DNA of 63,767 nt from a virus (Duplodnaviria > Caudoviricetes), in the IMG/VR virus record IMGVR_UViG_3300005713_000005, positions 1 to 63,767 of that record; one strand, given 5' to 3'. Positions within the stretch are counted from its first letter, which is position 1, and every line of letters starts with the position of its first letter. Shown one piece after another: positions 54,702 through 63,767 of the stretch. The position numbers and the translations under genes were made by a program. The notes beneath the pieces are model-generated. The model saw only the letters and a list, made by a program, of their open reading frames with translations. It was not told the DNA's origin and did no database searches.

Positions 54702-56003
54702 ATGCGATTGACCCGATCCGCTGTAATGGCGGTCGCGATGCTGTGCGCGTCGGTTTCGTACGCTGCTGTCCAGTCTGTGACCGAGCCCGACACCGTCGTC
54801 TTGCTGCGAGTCGCTGGCAAGCTGCGGACCGAGCCGGCGTTCGATAGCAAGGCTGATTGTGAGCGCGCGATCCCGGACATCATGGAGGCGGATGGCGCCG
54901 CAAAGACCTCAGGCCGCTGGAAGTACAACTGCGAGGAGATCACAAGCTGGTTCGCAACCTTCGCGGCGAATCCGACGGTGCCAGCGTGCGCACCGCCGCG
55001 CGCGCCGATCGCCGAGGTGATGACGTGCCCGGCCGGTACCGTCGGCGGCTACACACGCACCAAATCATGGACCGCGGCGCCGGCCCCTCAATGCGAAATC
55101 GAAGGCGAGTGGATTCCAAGCTCGCCGCCGGCCGAGTACTGCCTACCCGATCAAGATGGCGACGGTGTTGCGGACGCGGCCGATCAGTGCCCGACCGTCC
55201 ATGCGTCAACGCCCAACGGTTGCCCGCCACCGCCGCCCCCTTTGGCTGCGCCGATCGTCACGGCGACTGGCATCAGCACCAGCCAGATCCGCATCGAGTG
55301 GACCGCCGTGCCAAACGCCGCTGCCTATTCGCTCGAGCGCTGCATTGGAGCGACGTGCACGAGCTTCAGCGGCCTGTCGAGCTACGCATGCACCACTGTG
55401 CGGACCGCAACTCACACCTCGCTGCAGTCCGCTGGCCTATCGGTGAGCTATCGCGTGCGAGCGGCGCGTGACGTCGCATGCACGGACTTTGGCCCGTACT
55501 CGAGTATCGTCGTTGGACGCACGCTCGCCGCCGCACCGGTGAACTGCGCCGTCAGCGCGTGGTCAGCGTGGAGCGAGCCGGCCTGGCCAGCAACCTGTCC
55601 GCCTGGCGTGACGCAGACCCGAACCGAGACCCGCACCCGAACAGTAACGACTCAGCCGGCGAACGGAGGCACCGCATGCCCAGCACTGACCGAATCTCGC
55701 ACGGCAACGCGCACATGTCCGAGCGGAGGCACTGGCGGCGGTGGTGCTGGAACGGCGCGACTCTCATGGCAAGCACCCACGCGCAGAGTGGACGGGAGCA
55801 CGTTCGATAATCTGCAAGGCTATGTGATGAGCTACGGCCGGTTGCCGACCGAACTCGTCTACAGCACGCCCATCGCGCCGTCCGCGAGTGCGCACGAGTA
55901 CACCAATCTAGCCGCTGGCACTTGGTACTTCGCGATCTGCGCGCGATCCCAATCTGGGATCTTCAGCGATTATTCGTCTGTCGTTCAGAAGGTCGTGCAA
56001 TGA
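54702..56003 (+). CDS. secreted Cys-rich protein: TSP3-like repeat, FN3, TSP1/spondin-like repeat, FN3
   Basis: Signal peptide ending VSYA; DQDGDGVADAADQCP; VNCAVSAWSAWS...TRTRTVTTQPANGGTACP; LSWQAPT. Confidence 0.8.
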   Translation: MRLTRSAVMAVAMLCASVSYAAVQSVTEPDTVVLLRVAGKLRTEPAFDSKADCERAIPDIMEADGAAKTSGRWKYNCEEITSWFATFAANPTVPACAPPRAPIAEVMTCPAGTVGGYTRTKSWTAAPAPQCEIEGEWIPSSPPAEYCLPDQDGDGVADAADQCPTVHASTPNGCPPPPPPLAAPIVTATGISTSQIRIEWTAVPNAAAYSLERCIGATCTSFSGLSSYACTTVRTATHTSLQSAGLSVSYRVRAARDVACTDFGPYSSIVVGRTLAAAPVNCAVSAWSAWSEPAWPATCPPGVTQTRTETRTRTVTTQPANGGTACPALTESRTATRTCPSGGTGGGGAGTARLSWQAPTRRVDGSTFDNLQGYVMSYGRLPTELVYSTPIAPSASAHEYTNLAAGTWYFAICARSQSGIFSDYSSVVQKVVQ

Positions 56004-57160
56004 AGATCCACGTGAAACGTTGGCTGCTTGGGCTGTGCTCAGCTCTCATTGCGATCGCCTGCGCCGATGCGGGCGTCATCGTGCAGAGTGGCTCTGGCCA
56101 ATGTTTCAACTGCACGACCGGCGGAAGCAGCGGTTCGTGGGCTGACGTATTCGTTACCAACGTAACTGGTGTTGCGCCAGAGCTCGCCACGGATGGACGC
56201 AAGGTTGGCGTACGAGCAACGAATCTCTCCAACCTTGGTCAGGCGCTCACATCTGGCAACGGCGCATCGTTGAGCATAGTGACCAACGGTTCGTTCGATG
56301 GCGCTGAAAACGCTGTGAGACTCAACCCACCGACAACTCTCGTGAGTGGTGAAGGCCAATACGCTGGAATCTTCAATGGTCTTGATCTTTGGGGTAACGG
56401 ATCGAAAGACATCGCGCAAATGAATTTTCGCTGGCTGCAGTACTACGGCTCGACGTATTACAACCAGTCAGGCGCTGCGAAACTCTCGGGATACAAGCTA
56501 GGCCCAACTCTCACACCTGGTGGTGGTTCGCCTGCACGCACTGGTGTCTGGGAAAATTGGGACACAGCTTGGACTGACTGGAAATACATCAGCATCACTT
56601 CGAACACGGTGCAGGTGTATGCGTTCCCAGCACTTGGGGCACCACCGCTAGATGCTCTCACGCAAGGTGAAGGCATCGACTCCAGCCCTGACACATCGAA
56701 GCTGTATCAGATGCGCGGGAGTGCAAACCATGCAGCGAATCCACCGATCATCGGCGGCGAATGGGTCTGCTACGAATTCATCGTCGACGCCCGCCAAGAT
56801 CGCGGCAACGCAAACGGCCGAATTCAACTGCTGATCACAACGCGAGACGGCGTTCTCAACGCAAAGCAGCTGATCACGGACGTCAACCGCGATCATGGCG
56901 AGCACCCCGGTGGTGCTAACCCATGGGACTACGCGAATAGATATATCGCGACTCTCGAATATCTCGGTGGCTATTGGGGTGGCAAGGTTGGCACCGGCGA
57001 TGCGAACGCTTACACCATGTACTCGCACATGACTTTCGCCGCCAACATGACGATCAACCAGCGCATCGGCTGCCCCACGGGATTCACGAGCTTCTTCTTC
57101 GGGCCGCGATTCTTCATGCCCGCCAACGACGCCATATTCGATGAGAGGATCGCCGCGTGA
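56000..57160 (+). CDS. secreted beta-sandwich (lectin/polysaccharide lyase-like) protein
   Basis: Signal peptide ending ACADA; GEWVCYEF...NGRIQL. Confidence 0.55.
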   Translation: MKIHVKRWLLGLCSALIAIACADAGVIVQSGSGQCFNCTTGGSSGSWADVFVTNVTGVAPELATDGRKVGVRATNLSNLGQALTSGNGASLSIVTNGSFDGAENAVRLNPPTTLVSGEGQYAGIFNGLDLWGNGSKDIAQMNFRWLQYYGSTYYNQSGAAKLSGYKLGPTLTPGGGSPARTGVWENWDTAWTDWKYISITSNTVQVYAFPALGAPPLDALTQGEGIDSSPDTSKLYQMRGSANHAANPPIIGGEWVCYEFIVDARQDRGNANGRIQLLITTRDGVLNAKQLITDVNRDHGEHPGGANPWDYANRYIATLEYLGGYWGGKVGTGDANAYTMYSHMTFAANMTINQRIGCPTGFTSFFFGPRFFMPANDAIFDERIAA

Positions 57161-57852
57161 AGGTAATGAGATTTCTGATTCCGCTGCTGTTGCTGTGGGG
57201 CGTCGCCGCGCATGCAGTTCCAGCCAATGACGCAGCAGGCACTGCTGGTGCTGGTTGCTCTGCTGATGCGACGCCAAGCGTCAACGTCAACGTCAGCGCT
57301 GGCAGCGATCGCTATGGCATCGGCTATATCTACTGGGAAGGTGCGGTCACAGTTTCTGGTGCGAGCTTCGGCGGCCAAACGCCCACGCTGCATAAGTCGC
57401 ACACCGCAACGAATTTCTACATGTACCGGCTGGACGATCCGGCGACAGGCGCACAAACGTTTGCAGTCACCATCTCAGGCGCGCCGAGCCGCTGCTACAT
57501 CGGCTGGCTCACATACAGCGGCGCAGGCTCTCTCACTGCTGCTGTTGAGAACAACGTCTCGGCAACGACCACACTGCCTCTCAACATCACATCGACATCA
57601 GCTGACCTGGCTGTCGATGCTGCTGTATGGGGCGGAACGACGATCGTTGGCGACGTATCGCAAACGGTGCGCATCGACGCCGATAACTTTGAGGCGACTG
57701 CGCGATCGTTCGGCGCGTCCGAGAAAAACGGCAGCGGCACGGTCGCCATGACTTGGACAACTGGTACCAACGCTACAGGTTTCATCCTCGGCGCAAGCCT
57801 GCAGGCACCAGTCACACAAACCGGAATTATCTCGAAGAGGCGGAGACACTGA
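57157..57852 (+). CDS. secreted beta-rich virion-accessory-like protein
   Basis: Signal peptide ending AAHA; Thr/Ser/Ala-rich; basic C-terminus SKRRRH. Confidence 0.6.
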   Translation: MKVMRFLIPLLLLWGVAAHAVPANDAAGTAGAGCSADATPSVNVNVSAGSDRYGIGYIYWEGAVTVSGASFGGQTPTLHKSHTATNFYMYRLDDPATGAQTFAVTISGAPSRCYIGWLTYSGAGSLTAAVENNVSATTTLPLNITSTSADLAVDAAVWGGTTIVGDVSQTVRIDADNFEATARSFGASEKNGSGTVAMTWTTGTNATGFILGASLQAPVTQTGIISKRRRH

Positions 57853-57853
57853 G

Positions 57854-60397
57854 ATGCGGAAAAATCTCTTCGCAGCATGGCTGCTGCTTGGGCTTCTGGC
57901 AGTCGATGCGAGTGCCACCAGCCTCTTCGACATCGTCACAAAAGGCAGCGTCGACCGTAGCGTCACCGTCGACATCATCGATAGCACCGACGGCACACCT
58001 GAAAACGGCGTCGTCTTCAACACCAGCGGCATCGATCTTTGGTATCGACGCGAGGGAGCCGCGCGTACAGCCATCACAGAGGTCACGCTCGCTGCGCTGA
58101 CGACTGCACACACAGATGGCGGATTTCTCTATGTAAGCGATGGCACATATCGTCTCGACCTGCCAGACGCCGCATTCGCCACCGGCGCCAACTACGTCGA
58201 CTTCGGCGGCACGGTCACCGGCATGATCGTCATCGGTGGCCGCGTGCGCCTCGTCGACTATTCGCTCGAGGACAGCGTGCGCCTGGGCCTCACCGGCTTG
58301 GCCAATGCCACGCCAGGCGCAGCGGGTGGACTGCTCATCGCTGGCACCAACGCCGACTTCGATGTCACGGCCAACTCCGCATTCGCCGGCGGCATCACGG
58401 TCACGCAGTCGAGCAGCAATACGGCCGGCGTGGCGATCACCGGCAACGGCACCGGCAACGGCATCACGGTCACGTCCGGATCAGGCGCGACGGGCACCGC
58501 GCTTGCTCTCGTAGCCGCGAGCACCAACGGCACCGCGCTCACAGCGACTGGAACCGGCACCGGCAACGGCGCGACCTTCACATCTGGCAGCGGTGCAACC
58601 GGCAACGGCGTTGCAATGACGGCTGCCAGCACCAACGGCAACGGCCTCGCCACGCAGGGCACTGGCACCGGCTCGGGCAGCATCCACACCGGCGGTGCAA
58701 CCGGCGACGGCCTGGAAGGCATCGGCGGCAGCACGTCCGGTGCCGGCGAAAGAATGGCTGGAACCGCCGGCAACAGCCCCGGCTCATCGTTGGTTGGTCA
58801 GGGATCCGCCGCGGGCCTGCTCTCGACGGGCGGAGCGACGGGTGCGGGTGCTTCCCTTGTCGGCGGTTCCACCAGCGGCGTCGGCCTGCTTGCATCGGGC
58901 ACGGCCGGCAACAGTGCTGGCGCAAGCTTCGTCGGCCAGGGCAGCGCGGCCGGCACGCTTTCCACCGGTGGCGCGACCGGCAGCGGCGTGCGCTACGTAG
59001 GCGGCTCAACCTCTGGTCTCGGCATCGCGACGAGCTACACCGCAGCCAATGGCGGCGCTTCCGAGCTCGGTTTCGACGTAAGCGGGACGCTCAGCGGCAC
59101 ACATTCGAGTACGACGGCCGATCTCGGCACCAACGCGCCGACGACCGTCAGCGACGTTGTGGGTCACACGCTGCGATTCCCGTCGCTCAACCTCTCGCGC
59201 TACGTGACTGCTTACGACACGGCCACCGGCATCGCGACCTTCAGTGCGATCGATCCAGACATCACGCTGACCAACGGCGCGAACTACATCCTCTTCGGCA
59301 CTGCGCCAGCGAGCGGCGGCAGTGGGCCGGATGCGGCAACGATCGCCGATGCTGTTTGGGATGAGGCAACTAGTGGGCATGTCACCGCAGGCACCACTGG
59401 CGAACGCCTCACTCGAATCCCGAACGCAGCGGCCGGTGGCAACGGCGGTCTGCCAACCGTCAACGCGAGCAACTATGTCGCCGGAATCCAGGTGCTCGAC
59501 GAAGATCTGACGACACTTGACCTCAATGCAACGCCGACAGGCGCCGCCTCATCCGTCACAGGCTCGGTCGGGTCTGTCACTGGCAACGTCGGCGGCAACG
59601 TGGTCGGCTCCACCGGTAGCGTCACGGGCGCGGTCGGATCGGTCACCGGCGCCGTGGGCAGTGTCACTGGCAATGTCGGCGGCAACGTCACAGGCACAGT
59701 CGGTGGTGTTGCTACCGGCGGCATCGTCGCTGGCTCGTTCGCAAGCAACTCGATCACTGCGGCCGCAGCCGCAGCCGATCTGACGACCGAATTGCAGTCG
59801 GGTCTGGCAACGAGCGCCGCTCTCGCAACGGTCGACACCATCGTCGACAAGCTCGACACCACCGTAGAGCTCGACGGCAGCGTCTACCGCTTCACCACCA
59901 ATGCGCTCGAAAACGCGCCGGCGGGTGGCGGCGGCGGTAGCAGCGATTGGACTGCAGGTGAGAAGGAGCAGATTCGCTATCGCCTCGGCATTGACGGCGT
60001 GACCACGGCGCCGAGCACGACGCCAACGCTTGCCACTGCTGCAGCACTCACCTCGCTGACGAATACGGTCGGCGTCGCTGGCGCTGGCCTGACCGCGGTC
60101 CCATACAACGCATCCTGGAGCGCAAGCATCCGCACGGCGCTCGGGCTCGCAACTGCGAACCTCGATACGCAACTTACTGGCATTCCTCTCTCCGTGTGGA
60201 GCTACGTCGTCGAAGATCAGGGCAATGTGCAGGCTCGTTGCATGATGGCTCTCATCGGCGCATATGCCGCGGGCGATCTCGGCACATCCGGCGGCACATC
60301 TACGTGGCGTGATGCAAACGGCGCAGAGGTGAGAATCACGACGACGATCAGCGCTAACGGCGTTCGAAACAACACCATCACCTGCCCGAGCTACTGA
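57854..60397 (+). CDS. secreted Gly-rich fibre/beta-solenoid protein
   Basis: Signal peptide ending DASA; GNGTG/GSGATG repeats; IADAVWDE; SVTGAVG repeats. Confidence 0.7.
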   Translation: MRKNLFAAWLLLGLLAVDASATSLFDIVTKGSVDRSVTVDIIDSTDGTPENGVVFNTSGIDLWYRREGAARTAITEVTLAALTTAHTDGGFLYVSDGTYRLDLPDAAFATGANYVDFGGTVTGMIVIGGRVRLVDYSLEDSVRLGLTGLANATPGAAGGLLIAGTNADFDVTANSAFAGGITVTQSSSNTAGVAITGNGTGNGITVTSGSGATGTALALVAASTNGTALTATGTGTGNGATFTSGSGATGNGVAMTAASTNGNGLATQGTGTGSGSIHTGGATGDGLEGIGGSTSGAGERMAGTAGNSPGSSLVGQGSAAGLLSTGGATGAGASLVGGSTSGVGLLASGTAGNSAGASFVGQGSAAGTLSTGGATGSGVRYVGGSTSGLGIATSYTAANGGASELGFDVSGTLSGTHSSTTADLGTNAPTTVSDVVGHTLRFPSLNLSRYVTAYDTATGIATFSAIDPDITLTNGANYILFGTAPASGGSGPDAATIADAVWDEATSGHVTAGTTGERLTRIPNAAAGGNGGLPTVNASNYVAGIQVLDEDLTTLDLNATPTGAASSVTGSVGSVTGNVGGNVVGSTGSVTGAVGSVTGAVGSVTGNVGGNVTGTVGGVATGGIVAGSFASNSITAAAAAADLTTELQSGLATSAALATVDTIVDKLDTTVELDGSVYRFTTNALENAPAGGGGGSSDWTAGEKEQIRYRLGIDGVTTAPSTTPTLATAAALTSLTNTVGVAGAGLTAVPYNASWSASIRTALGLATANLDTQLTGIPLSVWSYVVEDQGNVQARCMMALIGAYAAGDLGTSGGTSTWRDANGAEVRITTTISANGVRNNTITCPSY

Positions 60398-60408
60398 GGT
60401 AACACCTC

Positions 60409-62691
60409 ATGAGCTATCAACCAGACGGCTACCAACCAGAGGGATATCAGCCCGACGGGTACGACCCAGAGTTAAGCGACATCGTCGTAACCGGCGATGT
60501 CCGCCAACGCTTCCAGGTCAAGAAGCCATACTTCAACGAAGACGCCGTTGATTTCACGGCTTTCGCGCCCGCAACGAAGCACCCCAGCGAGACAATCCTG
60601 GTCGAGTTGGATCTCTTTGAGTGGTGCGCGAACTTCATCAAAGCAGGTGAGCAGGCGGATGAGGGTGAAGACTTCCGCCCGCCACAGCCCAACGGCTACG
60701 CATATCGCGTGACGACTGCGGGACAGTTCGGCCTGCGCATTCCAAATTTCTTTCCGAGAACTCTCGGACTCACTGTGCAATGCGGATCAGTAACGCTAAT
60801 AACTGTGGAGGCCGGCGCTAATGGACTCTCAGCAATCACAGCGCCATCCGTTTATAGCAACGGCATCACGATCACCGGCGTTGCAGTTCGAGAGAACTGC
60901 AAGATCGTCGCTGCTTACACTGGAGGCGCGGAGGATAGAGATTATGAAGCGGTCTTTGCTTTCACGCTCAATGGCGTCACTCGGATCGCTCGACAGAAGG
61001 TGCTTGTGCGTGGCCCAGCGATTGAAGGACTCACGCCGGCACCACCAGACGGAGGAGCAGTGTTACTAGATGAACTCCAGGACGTCGTCATTTCAAGCCC
61101 ATCAGCAGGCCAATTTCTATCGTTCAATGGAACGAACTGGGTAAACACCACAGCGGCTCTCGTTGATGGAATCCTGACCTATTACATCAAGAACGGCGCA
61201 AGCATCAGCGGTCTCACGATCGTCACAGGATCGGTTGACGACGCTCAGGCAGATATCAACCGGCAGGCGATCCAAGCTTTCATTGACCTCGCTGATGCGA
61301 CTGAGGCTCAACTCTTCGTATCAAGTGAAATATTCGAAATCTTCGGCGGTCCGGTCATCTTCCGAGCGACTGCATTTGGCATCAAATGGCGCGGCCAGCT
61401 TTCGACGACTCTCCGACAGCGCTCGAACAATGTCGCGGTGCTTCAGCTTGGCGATACAGGTGCCGGCGGTCAGGTTATCGGACTCGATTTCGATGGCGCC
61501 ACGCTGCATTATCTCAATGACCAAGCCGGGAACACCGGCGCGAATATGCTGGTCATTGGCAACCAATGGCTAGGCAAATATCGAAACATTCGCTGCGGTA
61601 ACACGATCACGCTCGCGCGACCCTACCGCAACATCTACTACCAGGGCGGATCGTCTGTGTTCTCGTGCCATGGCGAGGACATCTATGGATGGCAGCCGTA
61701 TCAATCATTCTTAGACATTGAGAATTTCGGAACCGGCAATGTCTTGACGAATTGCTACTTCTCTGGCGTGGGATTCAGCGGCGTTGCCCAAGTCGTCGCA
61801 CGTCCCGTTGAGATCCGCGTCGGAACAGGTTCCCAGTTGCATGACAGTGCAATCAGCCAGCTGAATATCGAAACCCTGATCACTAATCGCATGTTCTATA
61901 CGGCGAATTGGCGATCGTTCAAGATCGATTCATTCCATGTGGAGCATGTGACGCTATCAGGTGCGGGCGCTAGCTTCTTTTACAACGAGATCAGTACACC
62001 AGTCATTGACGGACTGATGTTCCTTGATTGCCGCATCAACACGGCAGAGGTCACAGACAGCATCCCGGCGATCTTCAAGTTCTTCAACGACGGCATAACG
62101 ACTGTTACCGGATTCACTTGGGTGAATAACGTCAGCTCTAATATCAATATGCCGTATTTCATCAGCTATCAAGCCGATAGCGATGGCATCAACTCATCAA
62201 GCGCGAGATTGATTCTGAACTCTCCTCAGTTCGTTGACGGCGTCGGCACTGTCGTGCGCGACAATATGCGCATCAGTCGCACAGTTGGCGGAACAGATAT
62301 GGATGGCGCCGTTTGGGGCAATCTTTCCATGCGAGCGGCAACGAGCATCAGGGTCGGCGGCGACAGAACATTCGTGCAGGAGCCAAAGCTTCGAATCGAT
62401 TCTTCGCTCACGCTTTATGGCATTCAGTCAGTGGACGCTGAGGCAGTGGTGCTTGTACATGCGGCCAACATTACCATCAACATGTCGGATCGACTCGCAC
62501 CGCCGATCTCGCGCTGGCAAAACGCTCGAATCAAGGATGAGGAAATCATGAGTTTCGTCGTGCTCGGCACCTCAACCGGCACCACGCGCGTAGAGAATCA
62601 TGACGGCACCGAGATATTCACTCATCCCACTGCCACTGCCACGACGCGATATAACCTTCGCAAAAGCGGCGGCAATTGGGCATTGGCTTGA
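60409..62691 (+). CDS. tailspike/fibre protein with pectin lyase-like beta helix (putative depolymerase)
   Basis: YQPxG repeats, KHPSE adaptor-like motif, LDELQDVVISSPSAGQFLSFNGTNWVN, AIQAFID, Asn-rich beta helix. Confidence 0.65.
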   Translation: MSYQPDGYQPEGYQPDGYDPELSDIVVTGDVRQRFQVKKPYFNEDAVDFTAFAPATKHPSETILVELDLFEWCANFIKAGEQADEGEDFRPPQPNGYAYRVTTAGQFGLRIPNFFPRTLGLTVQCGSVTLITVEAGANGLSAITAPSVYSNGITITGVAVRENCKIVAAYTGGAEDRDYEAVFAFTLNGVTRIARQKVLVRGPAIEGLTPAPPDGGAVLLDELQDVVISSPSAGQFLSFNGTNWVNTTAALVDGILTYYIKNGASISGLTIVTGSVDDAQADINRQAIQAFIDLADATEAQLFVSSEIFEIFGGPVIFRATAFGIKWRGQLSTTLRQRSNNVAVLQLGDTGAGGQVIGLDFDGATLHYLNDQAGNTGANMLVIGNQWLGKYRNIRCGNTITLARPYRNIYYQGGSSVFSCHGEDIYGWQPYQSFLDIENFGTGNVLTNCYFSGVGFSGVAQVVARPVEIRVGTGSQLHDSAISQLNIETLITNRMFYTANWRSFKIDSFHVEHVTLSGAGASFFYNEISTPVIDGLMFLDCRINTAEVTDSIPAIFKFFNDGITTVTGFTWVNNVSSNINMPYFISYQADSDGINSSSARLILNSPQFVDGVGTVVRDNMRISRTVGGTDMDGAVWGNLSMRAATSIRVGGDRTFVQEPKLRIDSSLTLYGIQSVDAEAVVLVHAANITINMSDRLAPPISRWQNARIKDEEIMSFVVLGTSTGTTRVENHDGTEIFTHPTATATTRYNLRKSGGNWALA

Positions 62692-62710
62692 TCAACGAAG
62701 GGGAAAGCAG

Positions 62711-63028
62711 ATGATCATTGATGGAACTTGGCTGTCACCTGTCCAACAGAGAGAAGCGGTCGAATCTGGAAATACCGTTTTCTTTCCGTATGGATCTGAC
62801 ATCCATGGCTTGGCCATTCGCGCGGCCGACACTATGGAGATGTCGAAGCGACGTTACACGATCTCTCTTGAGTTGCAGCCAGATGATACCGGCGAAATCG
62901 GTCGCCTCATGCGTAAGGCGAGCATCATTCCGGGCGAGCTCGCTGAAACCCCGAATCTACCTGTGCTCCCGAAGCCACGCGATCCGAACATCGATTGGCG
63001 TGACGATCCGCGTGTGATAAAGCCCTGA
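62711..63028 (+). CDS. hypothetical protein
   Basis: CGAAGGGGAA RBS. Confidence 0.55.
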   Translation: MIIDGTWLSPVQQREAVESGNTVFFPYGSDIHGLAIRAADTMEMSKRRYTISLELQPDDTGEIGRLMRKASIIPGELAETPNLPVLPKPRDPNIDWRDDPRVIKP

Positions 63029-63035
63029 GCGTCGA

Positions 63036-63638
63036 ATGAAATACGGTGTACGTCTTGATCTCAGAGAGGTTAAGAAATACGCCAACGATGTTCAGAAGAA
63101 ATATGTTCCTGCAGCGGCAGGTATCGCACTCAAGCGAGTGGGCACAACCACACGCAATGCTGCTGCCACCAAGATCAGGGAGCGGTTGGCTATCCGATCC
63201 ACGATCGCCAAACAGGCGCTGAAGGTGAAGCGGATTGGTAATGGCATGACCATTTCCATCCTGGCTACTGGCAAGCCGATCCCATTGCGGGATTACGGTG
63301 CGAGCATGACCAAGCAGGGCGTGAAGTATCGTGTCGCGCGTGGCGGTAAAAGAAAACTATACGAACGCCAAGGAAGGCGAGGATTCATTGTGCAAAGCAG
63401 GGGTGGGCATGTGTTCGTCCGCATCGAGGACAATCCGCCCGGCCCACTCGAGGCTCGAATCCAGAAGGTGTTCGGGCCTTCTGTGCCCCAGTACTTCGTC
63501 ACTTCGATCGTGACCGAGGTCATGGAGCAGACCGCACGCGATCGTTGGCCCAAAGAGTTTGCAGCGGCTTTCAGAGGCGTTTTGATTCGACGGACAGGTG
63601 TCGACATCGGCTCGTCCCTGGGCGGTCTCGGCACGTGA
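63036..63638 (+). CDS. gpZ-like minor tail/neck protein
   Basis: Basic protein; KPIPLRDYGA, GFI...GHVFVR, IQKVFGPSVPQ. Confidence 0.7.
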   Translation: MKYGVRLDLREVKKYANDVQKKYVPAAAGIALKRVGTTTRNAAATKIRERLAIRSTIAKQALKVKRIGNGMTISILATGKPIPLRDYGASMTKQGVKYRVARGGKRKLYERQGRRGFIVQSRGGHVFVRIEDNPPGPLEARIQKVFGPSVPQYFVTSIVTEVMEQTARDRWPKEFAAAFRGVLIRRTGVDIGSSLGGLGT

Positions 63639-63705
63639 CGCATGGCCCAATCGCACAGCAGCACAATGGGCATGACGCAGGGCAACATGCACCCAGTTGC
63701 GGCGA

Positions 63706-63722
63706 CGCATCAAAATGGTGCA
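63706..63722. promoter_or_regulatory. NtrC-box-like palindrome next to cosQ
   Basis: CGCATCA-AAA-TGGTGCA versus consensus TGCACCA-N3-TGGTGCA. Confidence 0.35.
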
Positions 63723-63726
63723 TCGC

Positions 63727-63767
63727 GGGTCCTTCGTGGGAAACCCTTACCGGGGGTGCCAATGGCG
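63727..63767 (+). other. cosQ-like GGGTCCT and cosN right end
   Basis: GGGTCCT at 63727-63733, 21 nt before the 13-nt terminal repeat. Confidence 0.8.

Noticed and set aside
58420-59710. Tandem DNA repeats as a CRISPR array or DGR repeats
   Set aside because: They are degenerate in-frame peptide repeats; no constant repeat-spacer pattern, cas gene or reverse transcriptase

Overview
The window looks like a complete, genome-length lambdoid siphophage opened exactly at its cos site: a 13-nt terminal repeat with flanking dyad symmetry and a cosQ-like GGGTCCT. Layout: (+) 77-18891 terminase, lambda-type portal, protease-capsid fusion, tail and membrane/lysis-type genes; (-) about 18.9-46.4 kb early and accessory genes (NADAR, HerA-like ATPase, MarR, frameshifted Dam-type MTase, HicB domain, ECF sigma, OmpR-type wHTH, ASCH, SMC-like ATPase, Sak4-like ATPase, RecE-like exonuclease, LuxR HTH, LPD29-like); (+) 46.5-63.6 kb Cro-like and LuxR HTH genes, replication, Q-like antiterminator and a late accessory block. 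I could not recognise an integrase, CI repressor, endolysin, reverse transcriptase or CRISPR array. Two candidate undescribed systems stand out. First, the early strand carries tRNA-shaped RNAs with intact elbows but broken anticodon arms, including a circularly permuted tRNA at the usual att position. Second, four consecutive late genes encode virion-accessory-like proteins that all have Sec signal peptides, one with a thrombospondin type 1-like repeat. All calls come from manual reading of motifs, base pairing and synteny; no database search or folding program was run.
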